From Novosphingobium sp. (GTDB lineage Bacteria; Pseudomonadota; Alphaproteobacteria; Sphingomonadales; Sphingomonadaceae), in assembly GCA_046063225.1 (NCBI GenBank), contig JBJTLW010000161.1, forward strand, positions 26,809 through 90,808: DNA of 64,000 nt, given 5' to 3'. Shown here one piece after another: positions 17,042 through 27,090 of this stretch. Numbering within the stretch: position 1 is the first letter of the stretch; each line of letters starts with the position of its first letter. The position numbers and the translations under genes were made by a program. Below the pieces are notes generated by a model. The model saw only the letters and a list, made by a program, of their open reading frames with translations. It ran no database searches and was not told the DNA's origin.

Positions 17042-20005
17042 TTAGAACTTCACCTTTGCGCCGACGAAGAAGTACCGGCCGATGAGGTCATAGGTAGCCG
17101 TATCCGTGCTCGTCTGGTTGCTGGCAACAAACGGCAGGCTGCGATCGAACAGGTTGTTGATACCCATGCGCAGTTCGAGGCGCTCAGTCGGTCGGACCGA
17201 GCTGAACAGATCCCAGGTGGCGTAGGCAGGGACACCCACCGCGACGTTGGTCGGGGTGTTGACCTTGCTCACGTCGGCAAGCGCATTCTGGTACTTCCAG
17301 CGCATGCCGAGGCTGAACTTGTCCGAGCGATAACCGAAGGTGGTCAGCGCCTTCCACTTCGGCGTGGTGCGCGGCGGCAGGCTGCTGTCACCGGCCGAAC
17401 CGTTGCTGATACCGGTGTAATCGAGGAAGGCCGCACCCGGCAGCAGCTGAACCTTGTAGTTGTTCAGGTAACCAATCGCGGTGTCGATGTAGAACTTGCC
17501 GCTCTCGCTGAGGAAGCGGGCCGGAACGCCCCAGTGGATCTGCACTTCGATGCCGTCCGTCTTGAGCGCGCCAAGGTTGCGGAACGGCGTGTTGACCGTG
17601 AGAAGCTGGCCAGTCGCGGTATCACGGCTGATCAGCGGGCAGTAGGAACCGGTGACCGAATAGGTCGGGTTCGAACCATCCTGATTGTAGCAGCCCGACA
17701 GGACGACCGTGCCCGGAATGGTCGAGATCACGTTCTTGATCGAGATGTTGTAGTAATCGACCGAGAGCGAGAAATCGCCGAAGATACCGTCGCTGCGCGG
17801 GGCGTTGAAGGCGAAGCCGACATTGAAGGTGTCAGCCTTTTCCGGCGTTACCGCGGTGCTGCCGGCCGAGGTCTGGCCGGTGGCGGTGGTCGGGAACTGA
17901 TAGGTGCCGATCAGCGCCGAAGGGATGCCCTGAGCGACGCAGAGCGCGGCAACCTGAGCGCCATTGGCACCGGTCCGGGCGGTTGAGCGCACGTCGCACG
18001 GATCGCCGATTGCCGCAGGCGGCGTACCGATCGCCAGCTGGGCATTCGACGGCGGCGAGAACAGTTCGGCGATGTTCGGTGCGCGAACGGCGCGCTGGTA
18101 CGAACCGCGGATCAGCAGTTCGTCAACCGGACGCCAGCGCAGATCGGCTTCGTAGCTGGTCACCGAGCCCGTGACCGAATAGTCCGAAACACGGGCGGCA
18201 CCGCCGATGGCCAGTTCCTTGAAGAAAGGCTTGTCGGAGATCAGCGGAATGTCGATCTGGCCGGCGATTTCCTTCACGTCGATGGACTTGCGGGGAACCG
18301 GCAGAACCACGGTGAAGCCTTCGACGTTGCCGCCCGGTGCGAAACCGGAGCTGGCAGTCGTGTCGGAATCCGGCGTGAATTCATAGGTGTTCTTGCGGTA
18401 GCCACCGACCACGGCGAGCTGAACCGGACCCGCGCCCAGATCGAACAGCTTGCCGTTGATCTGCAGCTGCGCCTGGGTCTGGCTAAGGCGTTCGATGCTG
18501 ATCGCATCCTTGGTCAGATAGGCAACGCAGGCCGCCGACAGCGAGCGGGCGTTGGCATCGCCAAACGGATTGAAGCCGCCTGCGCAGATCGACTTGCCGC
18601 CGTCTGCCGCGTTGAGCAGGGTCTGAACCCGGCTCTTCAGCGTGGCGAAGTGCATGGTCGAATTGTGGACCGACTGATCGTAGGAAACGAAACCGTCGAA
18701 GGTCCAGCCATCGGTGATGTTGCCCTTCAGGCCGGCCATGTACTGCTGGATTTCGTAGTTTTCGTCCCAACCCTTGTACGGGATGCCGACATAGCGGGCG
18801 TTCCAGTTGAAAGCCGCAGTCGGGTTCGGACGCGAAGCCAGAAGCGTACGCAGATCAGTGGGGATGAACGGGTTCGTGACCGGGATCGTGGTCAGCGTCG
18901 GGAACTGCGTAAGGCTGCCGCCCGAGTGCGTGCTCGTCGTCAGGTCAACGAACATGAACTGTCCGTACATGGTGACATCGGGCGACAGCTCGTAGTCGGC
19001 CTTCAGGAAGGCGGTCTTGCGGTTCAGGCCGTTGATGTAGTCGATCTGCTGGCCAACAGGCATGCGCACGTTGCCGCCGACGATGGCATAGCCATTCACG
19101 CCATTGGGGCCGCGATAGTTCAGCGCGCCGGTCTGGGTGAACAGCGTGCCGTCGTTGTTGAAGCCGAGGTTCGAGGCAAGCGGGTTGCGCGTGCCGGCAA
19201 CACCATACGAGTTGAACAGCGCGGTGAGCACAGCGCCGTCCGGCGCGTTGGTCGCGCTCGGGATGAAGGTGCCGGTACCAATAAACGAGCTGGGCGTCTT
19301 GTCGAAGAAGAACGGACGCTGGCTGCCGTTCAGCGGATCCTGCTTGGCATAGGAGAAGGCTGCGATCAGCTTGCCGCGATCGTCGGCAAAGTTCGTGCCG
19401 AAAGCGAGCGAGGCCTTGAACTTGAACGCGTCGCCGCGCTCGCTGACGCCAACCTGGGCGTCTGCAACCATGCCGTCGAGCGAACGAATCGTCTTGAAGT
19501 TGACGACGCCGGACATGGCGTCCGAGCCGTAGATGGCCGAAGCGCCGCCGGTGATGGCATCGATGCCACCGATGATGGCATCGGGCAGAATATTGATGTC
19601 AACGTTGCCGCGAATGTCCGAAACCGGCAGGCGGCGGCCGTCGAGCAGCACGAGGTTGCGATTGGTGCCGAGACCATGAAGGTTGATCGACGCGCGGGCG
19701 CCGGTGCCCTGCCCGCCCGTTGCCTCGTTCCCGCCGACGGTGAAGCCGGGCATCTGGTTCAGCGCATCGACGATGTTCGCCTTGCCGCTTTCCTTGATCG
19801 CTTCGGCACCGATGGTGACAATGGGCGAAACCGAGGTCGCATTGGGACGCTGGATCAGCGAGCCGGTGACGACGATTTCCTTTTCAGCAGGCGATTCGCT
19901 TTCGTCAGCCATGGCACTGTCCTGGGCCATCGCAGGTACCGCAATAACCGCCGCAAAGGACAGAATAGACGCAGAAAACGCAAGACGCGCAGCAGACTTC
20001 TTCAT
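17042..20005 (-). CDS. TonB-dependent receptor
   Basis: Signal peptide, TonB box EIVVTGS, LVLLDGRR, YGSDA, NNLFD, C-terminal Phe. Confidence 0.96.
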   Translation of the reverse strand: MKKSAARLAFSASILSFAAVIAVPAMAQDSAMADESESPAEKEIVVTGSLIQRPNATSVSPIVTIGAEAIKESGKANIVDALNQMPGFTVGGNEATGGQGTGARASINLHGLGTNRNLVLLDGRRLPVSDIRGNVDINILPDAIIGGIDAITGGASAIYGSDAMSGVVNFKTIRSLDGMVADAQVGVSERGDAFKFKASLAFGTNFADDRGKLIAAFSYAKQDPLNGSQRPFFFDKTPSSFIGTGTFIPSATNAPDGAVLTALFNSYGVAGTRNPLASNLGFNNDGTLFTQTGALNYRGPNGVNGYAIVGGNVRMPVGQQIDYINGLNRKTAFLKADYELSPDVTMYGQFMFVDLTTSTHSGGSLTQFPTLTTIPVTNPFIPTDLRTLLASRPNPTAAFNWNARYVGIPYKGWDENYEIQQYMAGLKGNITDGWTFDGFVSYDQSVHNSTMHFATLKSRVQTLLNAADGGKSICAGGFNPFGDANARSLSAACVAYLTKDAISIERLSQTQAQLQINGKLFDLGAGPVQLAVVGGYRKNTYEFTPDSDTTASSGFAPGGNVEGFTVVLPVPRKSIDVKEIAGQIDIPLISDKPFFKELAIGGAARVSDYSVTGSVTSYEADLRWRPVDELLIRGSYQRAVRAPNIAELFSPPSNAQLAIGTPPAAIGDPCDVRSTARTGANGAQVAALCVAQGIPSALIGTYQFPTTATGQTSAGSTAVTPEKADTFNVGFAFNAPRSDGIFGDFSLSVDYYNISIKNVISTIPGTVVLSGCYNQDGSNPTYSVTGSYCPLISRDTATGQLLTVNTPFRNLGALKTDGIEVQIHWGVPARFLSESGKFYIDTAIGYLNNYKVQLLPGAAFLDYTGISNGSAGDSSLPPRTTPKWKALTTFGYRSDKFSLGMRWKYQNALADVSKVNTPTNVAVGVPAYATWDLFSSVRPTERLELRMGINNLFDRSLPFVASNQTSTDTATYDLIGRYFFVGAKVKF

Positions 20006-20055
20006 GGATTACCCCTCCCTTTGGCCGACGCGAACATCGGTCTCAACGACTTCCA

Positions 20056-20076
20056 TTTATGTTACGAACTAGTTCC
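20056..20076. promoter_or_regulatory. Probable TetR operator, copy 1
   Basis: TTTATGTTACGAACTAGTTCC, identical to 22158-22178; adjacent to TTGACA on the minus strand (20077-20082). Confidence 0.75.
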
Positions 20077-20078
20077 TG

Positions 20079-21302
20079 TCAATCGACTCGCGAAACGCGC
20101 TGCACCATGAAGGCGCAAGCCGCACAGGCCAGCAGCGGCACGCAGTAGGCACCGAACAGCACCGGCAGAGACACCTTGGCCGCCATCAGCTGTCCGCCAA
20201 GCCAAGGCCCGACGATCGCCCCGCTGCGGCCGATGCCGATGGCCCAACCCACCCCGGTAGCGCGCACTGACGGCGGATAGCTGCCCGCTGCAAGGGGCCA
20301 GACGCCGTTGTATCCACCCTGGAGAAGCACGCCGATGAGGAACGCGACTGCCATGGTCGCGGCGACGGACATGGGCACCGATCCGAACCACAGCATCGCC
20401 GCGCCAGCGCCGCACAGCATGGTCGGCACCAGTTTGCCAAGAGGCACGCGCACGGCCAGTACGCTCATCGCAACCGTGCCGCAGAAGGCGCCAAGGTTGT
20501 ACAGCGCACCAGCATAGATGCCGTTGGTTTCGGACAGTCCCGCCGCAATGGCCAGCTTGGTAATCCAGCTGACGACGAAATAGAGGACCATCAGCCCGAA
20601 GAAGACGGCGCCCCAAAGCGCGATGGTACGGCTGCGCAGCGCGGGGCTGAACAGCCCTTTCACTCCGGGGCTGTCGACACTTCGGGCATCACCCGTTGGG
20701 ACACTGTCGCTGAGCAACGTCCAGGCAAGCGGGAACAGCGCCACGGTGATCGTGCCGGCGCCAATCAGCATGGTGTGCCAGCCGTATTCGGGCAGCAGCT
20801 GCGCCACGACGAGCCCGGTAAACACCGCGGCAAACGGATAGCCGGCCTGGACGAGGCCAACGGCAAGATTGCGATGACGTTCCGGCGCACTTTCGGCGGA
20901 CAGCGCGGCCATGGCGGCCAGCACGGTCCCGATGCCGGCCCCCACCAGGACGCGCAGCGCGAAAAGCTGCGAAACCGTCGTAACAAAGCCGCTCGCCAGC
21001 ATGCCGGCCGACATCAGCGCCAAAGCCACCAGGATAACCCGGCGGCGCCCCAGGCGATCCGCCAGCGGAGCGATGAACATGCCGCCAATGGCCATTCCGA
21101 GCAGGCCGGCGCTGAACAGCGTGCCCATCACGTCGGGTCCGATGGCCCAATCCTGCTGGATGCGCGGCGCGATGAACGAAAGGATGGTGACGTCGATGCC
21201 ATCGGCCATGTTGATGGCAAAGCACAGCGCGACAGTCGCGATCGCGCGCCGCGTCCAGTTGGCCGGGGCGGCGCCCGCGGCTGAAATTGACGGTCCTGCC
21301 AT
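20079..21302 (-). CDS. MFS aromatic-acid transporter (PcaK/BenK-like)
   Basis: DGID, LADRLGRR, YPPSVRATGVGWA; about 12 TMs. Confidence 0.92.
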   Translation of the reverse strand: MAGPSISAAGAAPANWTRRAIATVALCFAINMADGIDVTILSFIAPRIQQDWAIGPDVMGTLFSAGLLGMAIGGMFIAPLADRLGRRRVILVALALMSAGMLASGFVTTVSQLFALRVLVGAGIGTVLAAMAALSAESAPERHRNLAVGLVQAGYPFAAVFTGLVVAQLLPEYGWHTMLIGAGTITVALFPLAWTLLSDSVPTGDARSVDSPGVKGLFSPALRSRTIALWGAVFFGLMVLYFVVSWITKLAIAAGLSETNGIYAGALYNLGAFCGTVAMSVLAVRVPLGKLVPTMLCGAGAAMLWFGSVPMSVAATMAVAFLIGVLLQGGYNGVWPLAAGSYPPSVRATGVGWAIGIGRSGAIVGPWLGGQLMAAKVSLPVLFGAYCVPLLACAACAFMVQRVSRVD

Positions 21303-21370
21303 TGATCCTCTTTCCCTTTGGCCAAGGTGCCACATTCGGACCGATGGCACCGGCCGAAGGCCGGAGCGGA

Positions 21371-22138
21371 TCAGTCCTTTTGGGCAACCCAGGCTATTAT
21401 GATGTCGGCAACCTGTTTTGCGCGCCGCTCGATGGCTTCGGAGCTGGTCATGTCGATGCCGAAGTTGTGCGCAAAGGTGAACTGGTTCGATACGTTGTAA
21501 AAGGCCAGCGCGGTCATGTTGAGGTGCAGGTCGACTGGATCGATTCCCTTGCGGAAACTTCCCTCGGCTTCACCTTTGGCAATGATCCGTTCGAGCAGTT
21601 CGATCACGCGCCGATTGCTCGATTGAAGGCCAGAGATTTGCTTGATGTGTTCGGCGCGGTGGATGTTCTCGTTCATCACCAGCCGCACGAGTTCCGGATG
21701 CTGGGAGTGATAGCGCACGTCGTGCTCGATAAGCCTGCGCAGGGCTTCGATCGCGCTGCCGCTTTCCACGTCAACGGCATCTTCACTGGAACGCACGCGG
21801 CGATAGGCGCGTTCGAGCACGGCGCGGTAGAGTTCGTCCTTGCCTTCGAAATAGTAGTAGATCTTGCGCTTGGTCGCCTTGCCCGCGATCTCGTCAATAC
21901 GCGCCCCGGCAAGGCCCTTTTCAACGAACTCCGCAGTGGCAATGTCGATGATCTCGTTGATCGTCGCTTCGCGGGTCTCTGCGTGGCTGCGCCGCGGACG
22001 TTTTGCGACGGGTTCGGATGGCTGGACGTCGGATGGCAAGGCAGTGTCTCCGGAAAAAATGTCGCCAAGGCCGAAGGCCGGGAAGGCATTCGCCTCTCTC
22101 CCGCCTCCGATAGCGCCAATTTCGCCTTCCGTCTGCAC
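21371..22138 (-). CDS. TetR/AcrR family regulator
   Basis: EFVEKGLAGARIDEIA...IYYYFEGKDELY HTH; start uncertain. Confidence 0.9.
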   Translation of the reverse strand: MQTEGEIGAIGGGREANAFPAFGLGDIFSGDTALPSDVQPSEPVAKRPRRSHAETREATINEIIDIATAEFVEKGLAGARIDEIAGKATKRKIYYYFEGKDELYRAVLERAYRRVRSSEDAVDVESGSAIEALRRLIEHDVRYHSQHPELVRLVMNENIHRAEHIKQISGLQSSNRRVIELLERIIAKGEAEGSFRKGIDPVDLHLNMTALAFYNVSNQFTFAHNFGIDMTSSEAIERRAKQVADIIIAWVAQKD

Positions 22139-22157
22139 TCTGCAAAACCTCTCGAAT

Positions 22158-22178
22158 TTTATGTTACGAACTAGTTCC
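22158..22178. promoter_or_regulatory. Probable TetR operator, copy 2 (tetR/quiC divergent region)
   Basis: Same 21-mer with palindromic core GAACTAGTTC. Confidence 0.75.
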
Positions 22179-22270
22179 CATCATTTCTGCTTTTGTCAAC
22201 TCCGCAGCCGTGTTACCCCGTCGCCAATGGGGCAATGAACCCAGCCAGGGACAGGACGATCAGAACCGCA

Positions 22271-24130
22271 ATGAAGACCTCGATTGCAACAGTTTCGATC
22301 AGCGGCACGCTCGAAACCAAGCTGCAGGCCATCGCTGCGGCTGGCTTTGATGGCGCGGAGATTTTCGAAAACGACCTGCTTTCCACGCACCTGAATGCCC
22401 GTCAGATTGCGTCGATGATGGCTGACCTTGGCCTGGCCTGCACGATGTTCCAGCCTTTTCGCGACCTTGAAGGCCTGCCGGAACCGAACCGCACGCGCGC
22501 CTTTGACCGGCTTGAGCGCAAGTTCGATGTCATGGCCGAACTGGGCACCGACCTCGTCCTGGTCTGTTCGAGCTGTTCGCCGCAAGCCGAAGGCGATCGC
22601 CAGCGCCTGATTGACGATCTGGCCGAAGCGGCTGCGCGGGCCGGGGCGCGCGGCATGCGCATCGGTTATGAGGCGTTAGCCTGGGGCCGCCACGTCAACG
22701 ACCACCGCGAAGCGTGGGCGCTTGTGCGCGACATCGATCATCCGGCGCTGGGCCTGGTGCTCGACAGTTTTCATTCACTCGCCCGAGCCATCCCGTCGAG
22801 CAGCATCGGCGACATCCGGGGCGACAAGCTGTTCATTGTCCAGGTCTGCGATGCGCCACAACTGCAAATGGATTACCTCGGCTGGAGCCGGCACTTCCGC
22901 TGCATGCCGGGGCAAGGCGATTTCCCGCTCGACGACTGGGCCGAAGCCATCCGCCGCACCGGTTTCGATGGCTATTGGAGCCTCGAAATCTTCAACGATC
23001 GCTTCCGCGCCGGTTCGGCAAGCGGCGTCGCACTGGATGGCCTGCGCTCGCTGCGGCTCCTCGAAGGCGGGGTTTCGCGCAAGGTTTCCACCAGCAGCGC
23101 ACTGCCGGCCAAGGCCGCGCCGCGCGGGGTCGAATTCCTGGAATTCGCTGCCAGCCATGACGAAGCGGAAGACCTTGGCGCGATCCTGCGCCCGCTGGGC
23201 TTCCGTCCGACGGCACGCCATCGCACCAAGGACGTTGTTCGCTGGACGCAAGGGCCGGTCAATCTGGTGGTCAATTGCGAACCCGAAGGCCTGGCTCACA
23301 GCTTCGACGTGGTTCACGGCGCTTCCGTCTGCGCCATCGGCCTGTCCATGGATGATGTGCCGAGCGCTCTGGCCCGGGCGGATGCCCTGGCGGTTCCGCG
23401 CTTTGAACAGGCCATCGGGCCGGACGAATGGCCCATCCCCAGCGTGCGAGGCGTGGGGGGAAGCTTGCTCTACTTTGTCGATGCGGACAGCCGGGAAGAG
23501 ATGTGGGCGCACGAATTTCCCACCAGCCTGGAACCGCCGGCTCCGGTTCACCTCACCGCGATCGACCATGTCGCGCAGACCATGCAGTTTGAGGAATTTC
23601 TGTCCTGGCAGCTGTTCTACGTCAGCCTGCTGGACATGGGCAAAACGCCGCAACTGGAAATCGCCGATCCGATGGGCCTGGTGCAAAGTCAGGCGGTGGA
23701 AAGCGCCGACGGTTCGGTTCGCTTCACGCTGAACGGGTCGCTGGCCAGCCAGTCGCTGTCGTCGCGGTTCATCCAGAACTATTTCGGCGCCGGAGTGCAG
23801 CATATCGCCTTGGCCTGCTCCGACATATTCGCCAGCGTCGATGCCGCCATCGCGGGGGGAATCGAACGGCTGCAAATCCCGCGCAATTACTACGACGATC
23901 TGGAAGCCCGCTGGGGCTTAGACCCTGATCTGATCGAAGCAATGGCCGCGCGCGACATCCTTTACGACCGCGATGGCGAAGCGGAATACTTCCAGTTCTA
24001 CACCCGCGCTTTCGCGCGGCGCGTGTTCTTCGAACTGGTCGAGCGGCGAGAGTACAGCGGCTACGGCGCGGTCAACGCTCCGATCCGTCTGGCCGCACAG
24101 GCACGCCACAAACCCGATTTTCTTGATTGA
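22271..24130 (+). CDS. quiC: QuiC1-type 3-dehydroshikimate dehydratase (isomerase TIM barrel + HPPD-like fusion)
   Basis: MKTSIATVS, FQPFRDLEG, YEALAWG, WSRHFRCMPGQG, EIFND, then an HPPD-like half (IDHVAQ, GVQHIAL, FFELVER). Confidence 0.9.
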   Translation: MKTSIATVSISGTLETKLQAIAAAGFDGAEIFENDLLSTHLNARQIASMMADLGLACTMFQPFRDLEGLPEPNRTRAFDRLERKFDVMAELGTDLVLVCSSCSPQAEGDRQRLIDDLAEAAARAGARGMRIGYEALAWGRHVNDHREAWALVRDIDHPALGLVLDSFHSLARAIPSSSIGDIRGDKLFIVQVCDAPQLQMDYLGWSRHFRCMPGQGDFPLDDWAEAIRRTGFDGYWSLEIFNDRFRAGSASGVALDGLRSLRLLEGGVSRKVSTSSALPAKAAPRGVEFLEFAASHDEAEDLGAILRPLGFRPTARHRTKDVVRWTQGPVNLVVNCEPEGLAHSFDVVHGASVCAIGLSMDDVPSALARADALAVPRFEQAIGPDEWPIPSVRGVGGSLLYFVDADSREEMWAHEFPTSLEPPAPVHLTAIDHVAQTMQFEEFLSWQLFYVSLLDMGKTPQLEIADPMGLVQSQAVESADGSVRFTLNGSLASQSLSSRFIQNYFGAGVQHIALACSDIFASVDAAIAGGIERLQIPRNYYDDLEARWGLDPDLIEAMAARDILYDRDGEAEYFQFYTRAFARRVFFELVERREYSGYGAVNAPIRLAAQARHKPDFLD

Positions 24131-24143
24131 ACTGGAGATGCAG

Positions 24144-25127
24144 ATGATCCGCAAGGCTTTTACCCTGCTGGCAGCGGCCGGCCTTCTGGCAAGCAGCGCT
24201 GCCCAATCCGCCCCGAAGCGCGTGTTTCCGGTTGCCGCCCAGCCCGAGCTGGCCGATCACTTTCCAGTCGTGCCAGTGGCGTTTCCGCAGGGCGTGAAGG
24301 GTTACCGCGACATTGTCTATCAACAGATCAACGGCCACGTCCCGCAGATCGTCGATATCTACGTTCCCGCCACGAAGGGGCCGCATCCGCTGGTCCTTTA
24401 CATTCATGGCGGCGGCTGGGTGGGCGGTCACACGCGGCACAGCGGCGCGCTAGCCGATTTCCCGCGCGTCCTGGCAGCGCTCTCGGCGGAAGGTTTTGTC
24501 GTCGCCAGCCTGGAATATCGTCTGTCGGGTGATGCACGGTTCCCGGCGCAGATCCAGGATGCCAAGGCATCGCTGCGCTTCCTGCGTGACAATGCCGCGC
24601 GGTATCGAATTGACCCCACGCGGGTAGGCATCTGGGGAGGGTCTGCCGGCGGCCACCTGACCGCGCTGACCGCGCTCAGCTGCAAGGAAACACGTCTTGA
24701 CCCCGCTGCCGACAAGGACGTCTGCGCCTCTGCCGCGGTCACCTGGTACGGCGTGTTCGATTTCGCGGCGATGGCTGCCGGGCGGGTAAACGGAGTGGAC
24801 GGCGCGGCAGAACGGCTGCTCGGCTGCACCGGCCGCTGCACGCCGGAAGCCTATGCGCCTGTCAGCCCGGTCACTTACATCGATGCCAAGGACCCGCCCT
24901 TCCTGCTGATCCACGGCACCGAGGACAAGGTGGTCCCGGTGGAGCAGTCGCGCATTGGCGAGGCACGGCTTCGCGCGGCAGGCGTGCCGGTGGAAACGAT
25001 CTATATTGACGGAGTGGACCACTCGTTCATCGGCAAGACGCCGGAACAGACACGGGAAGCCACGCTGCGGGCAACCAACGCGACTTTCGACTTCTTCCAC
25101 AAGACGCTTCGCGGCCACAAGCGCTGA
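24144..25127 (+). CDS. Secreted HSL-family alpha/beta esterase
   Basis: Signal peptide, HGGGW, GGSAGG, HGTED...VP. Confidence 0.9.
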   Translation: MIRKAFTLLAAAGLLASSAAQSAPKRVFPVAAQPELADHFPVVPVAFPQGVKGYRDIVYQQINGHVPQIVDIYVPATKGPHPLVLYIHGGGWVGGHTRHSGALADFPRVLAALSAEGFVVASLEYRLSGDARFPAQIQDAKASLRFLRDNAARYRIDPTRVGIWGGSAGGHLTALTALSCKETRLDPAADKDVCASAAVTWYGVFDFAAMAAGRVNGVDGAAERLLGCTGRCTPEAYAPVSPVTYIDAKDPPFLLIHGTEDKVVPVEQSRIGEARLRAAGVPVETIYIDGVDHSFIGKTPEQTREATLRATNATFDFFHKTLRGHKR

Positions 25128-25128
25128 G

Positions 25129-26208
25129 ATGCCCGCACTGGCGCTCCTCGCTGCCGCTGCGTTGGCATCGATGGAGCCAGCCAGCTGTGTGAGCGAACCG
25201 CCCCTGGAATACGTCTGCGGTCCGGTAAAGCCGGAAGACATTCTGGCGCTACCGGGCACGCCCTGGCTGATCACGAGCGGATTCGCCCCCGGTGCCGGGT
25301 TGAAGCTGGTGAATGCCAGAACCGGGGCCTTTCGCACTTGGTTTTCGGGCGATGCGGGACAGATCGGCTCGCCGCTGAATGATGCGCCGGCCTGCTCCCA
25401 TCCGGTCGATCCCGCGCTGTTCAATGCACGCGGACTTTCCCTCCGCCGCACCGGCGCAAACCGCTGGCGCTTGCTGGTGGTCAACCACGGTGGCCGAGAG
25501 TCAATCGAGATGTTCGACATTTCGACGCGTCGCGACAAGGAGCCGGAGCTGACCTGGCGCGGATGTCTGCCCATGCCAACCGGCCAGGTGGGAAACAGTG
25601 TCACGTCCTTTGCTGACGGAACGGTGCTCGTTACGGTTCTGACCCGGCCCGGCACCGTCATCGCCGATTTCGTCGAGGGCCGCGATACAGGCGCTGTCTG
25701 GAGCTGGAGCCCAGGGGCAACGACCTTCGTTGAGCTTCTCGGAACCCGGCTTCCGGGGAACAACGGGATCGAGGCCGATCCGGACGGCAGCCGGTTCTAT
25801 GTGGTTGCCTTCGGTTGGCATTCGGTCGTTGTGTTCAATCGCCGGGACACGAGCCAGCCCCTCAGCCGCATCGAAGCGCCCGGGTTCATGCCCGACAATA
25901 TCCATTGGACCGGGGACCGCCTGCTGCTGACCGGCATGGCGCTTGACGAACCGGCCTGCGGCGGGGTTCGCAAGGTGGTGAACGGCGTTGCCGACCCGAT
26001 GCTGTGCCATAGAAGCTGGGCCGTAGGGGAACTGGACCGCCGGACTGGACGCATCACGGTAAGGGCAAGCGGAAAGGCCGCCTCCGCCTTCAACGGACAT
26101 TCGTCGGCTGCGATTGCCGCTGGCCGCCTGTGGCTTGGCTCGTTCCAGTCGAGCCGTCTTGCCAGCCTGCCTCTCCCCCTCACGCTTTCTCGCGGGAAAC
26201 GCCGATGA
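25129..26208 (+). CDS. Secreted beta-propeller lactonase/arylesterase (PON/SMP-30-like)
   Basis: PEDI, LLVVNHGGRESIE, NNGI, MPDNIHW. Confidence 0.75.
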   Translation: MPALALLAAAALASMEPASCVSEPPLEYVCGPVKPEDILALPGTPWLITSGFAPGAGLKLVNARTGAFRTWFSGDAGQIGSPLNDAPACSHPVDPALFNARGLSLRRTGANRWRLLVVNHGGRESIEMFDISTRRDKEPELTWRGCLPMPTGQVGNSVTSFADGTVLVTVLTRPGTVIADFVEGRDTGAVWSWSPGATTFVELLGTRLPGNNGIEADPDGSRFYVVAFGWHSVVVFNRRDTSQPLSRIEAPGFMPDNIHWTGDRLLLTGMALDEPACGGVRKVVNGVADPMLCHRSWAVGELDRRTGRITVRASGKAASAFNGHSSAAIAAGRLWLGSFQSSRLASLPLPLTLSRGKRR

Positions 26209-27080
26209 TTGACCGTCGCACGACAATTGCCTCCCTCACCGCATCACTGGTCGCCCCGGCGCCGCTCGTTCATGCAAACGCCCCGCTCACAGCGCGTGGC
26301 GTGTTCGCAACGATCAAGACCGCATCTGGTCAGCCGTGGGACCCAAACCCGACCGACGACCGCATCATCTATGGCCGGCGCGACGCCGCCGTTACCGGCA
26401 TTGCGACCTGTTTCACCGCCAGCATTGATGTGCTTCGCCGGGCAAAGCTGGCCGGGCTCAACTATGTCATACCCCACGAGGCGAGCTTCTTTGAGCGTTA
26501 CGACGATTTTGCCGAATCCGCAGTTCGCGACGATGATCCGGTTCTGAGGGCAAAGATGCGCTTTCTCGACGAAGGCGGCATGGTGATTCAGCGCATGCAT
26601 GGTCACGCCCACAGCCGACCGGGCGACGCGATCATGACCGGCTTGATCCGGCGGCTCGGCTGGGATGCCTTGCGCGCGGACCGCCCAGGAATGCCCTGGA
26701 TCGATTTGCCCGCCACCAGCGCACGGGAACTGGGCCGGCACATTGCAGACAAGCTGGGGCGCAAGACCCTGCGAATGTTCGGCGATCCGGACCGCTTGGT
26801 GAGAACGCTTTCGGTTTCTGCCGGCATGCCGGGTGAAAATGCCCAGATACAGCAGCTGGAATCGGGCGCCGATGCCGTCTTGCTGGGAGAGGTGCGCGAA
26901 CCCGAAGTGCTTGGCTATGCACAAGACATGGCAGCAAGCCGGCCCGTTACCGTCTTTCTGGCCGGTCACACAGCCGAGGATCCGGGCATGGGCCTGATCG
27001 CGGATTGGCTCAGGACCGTGTTTCCGAAGCTCCCCGTCCAGTGGCTCGAAGCCGCAGACCCCTATGTAAATCCGGCTTGA
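26205..27080 (+). CDS. Nif3-like dinuclear metal protein with a putative Tat signal
   Basis: MIDRRTT signal, VTGIATCF, PHE, HGHAH, GEVRE, GHTAEDPGM. Confidence 0.8.
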   Translation: MIDRRTTIASLTASLVAPAPLVHANAPLTARGVFATIKTASGQPWDPNPTDDRIIYGRRDAAVTGIATCFTASIDVLRRAKLAGLNYVIPHEASFFERYDDFAESAVRDDDPVLRAKMRFLDEGGMVIQRMHGHAHSRPGDAIMTGLIRRLGWDALRADRPGMPWIDLPATSARELGRHIADKLGRKTLRMFGDPDRLVRTLSVSAGMPGENAQIQQLESGADAVLLGEVREPEVLGYAQDMAASRPVTVFLAGHTAEDPGMGLIADWLRTVFPKLPVQWLEAADPYVNPA

Positions 27081-27090
27081 GGAGCCTGTC

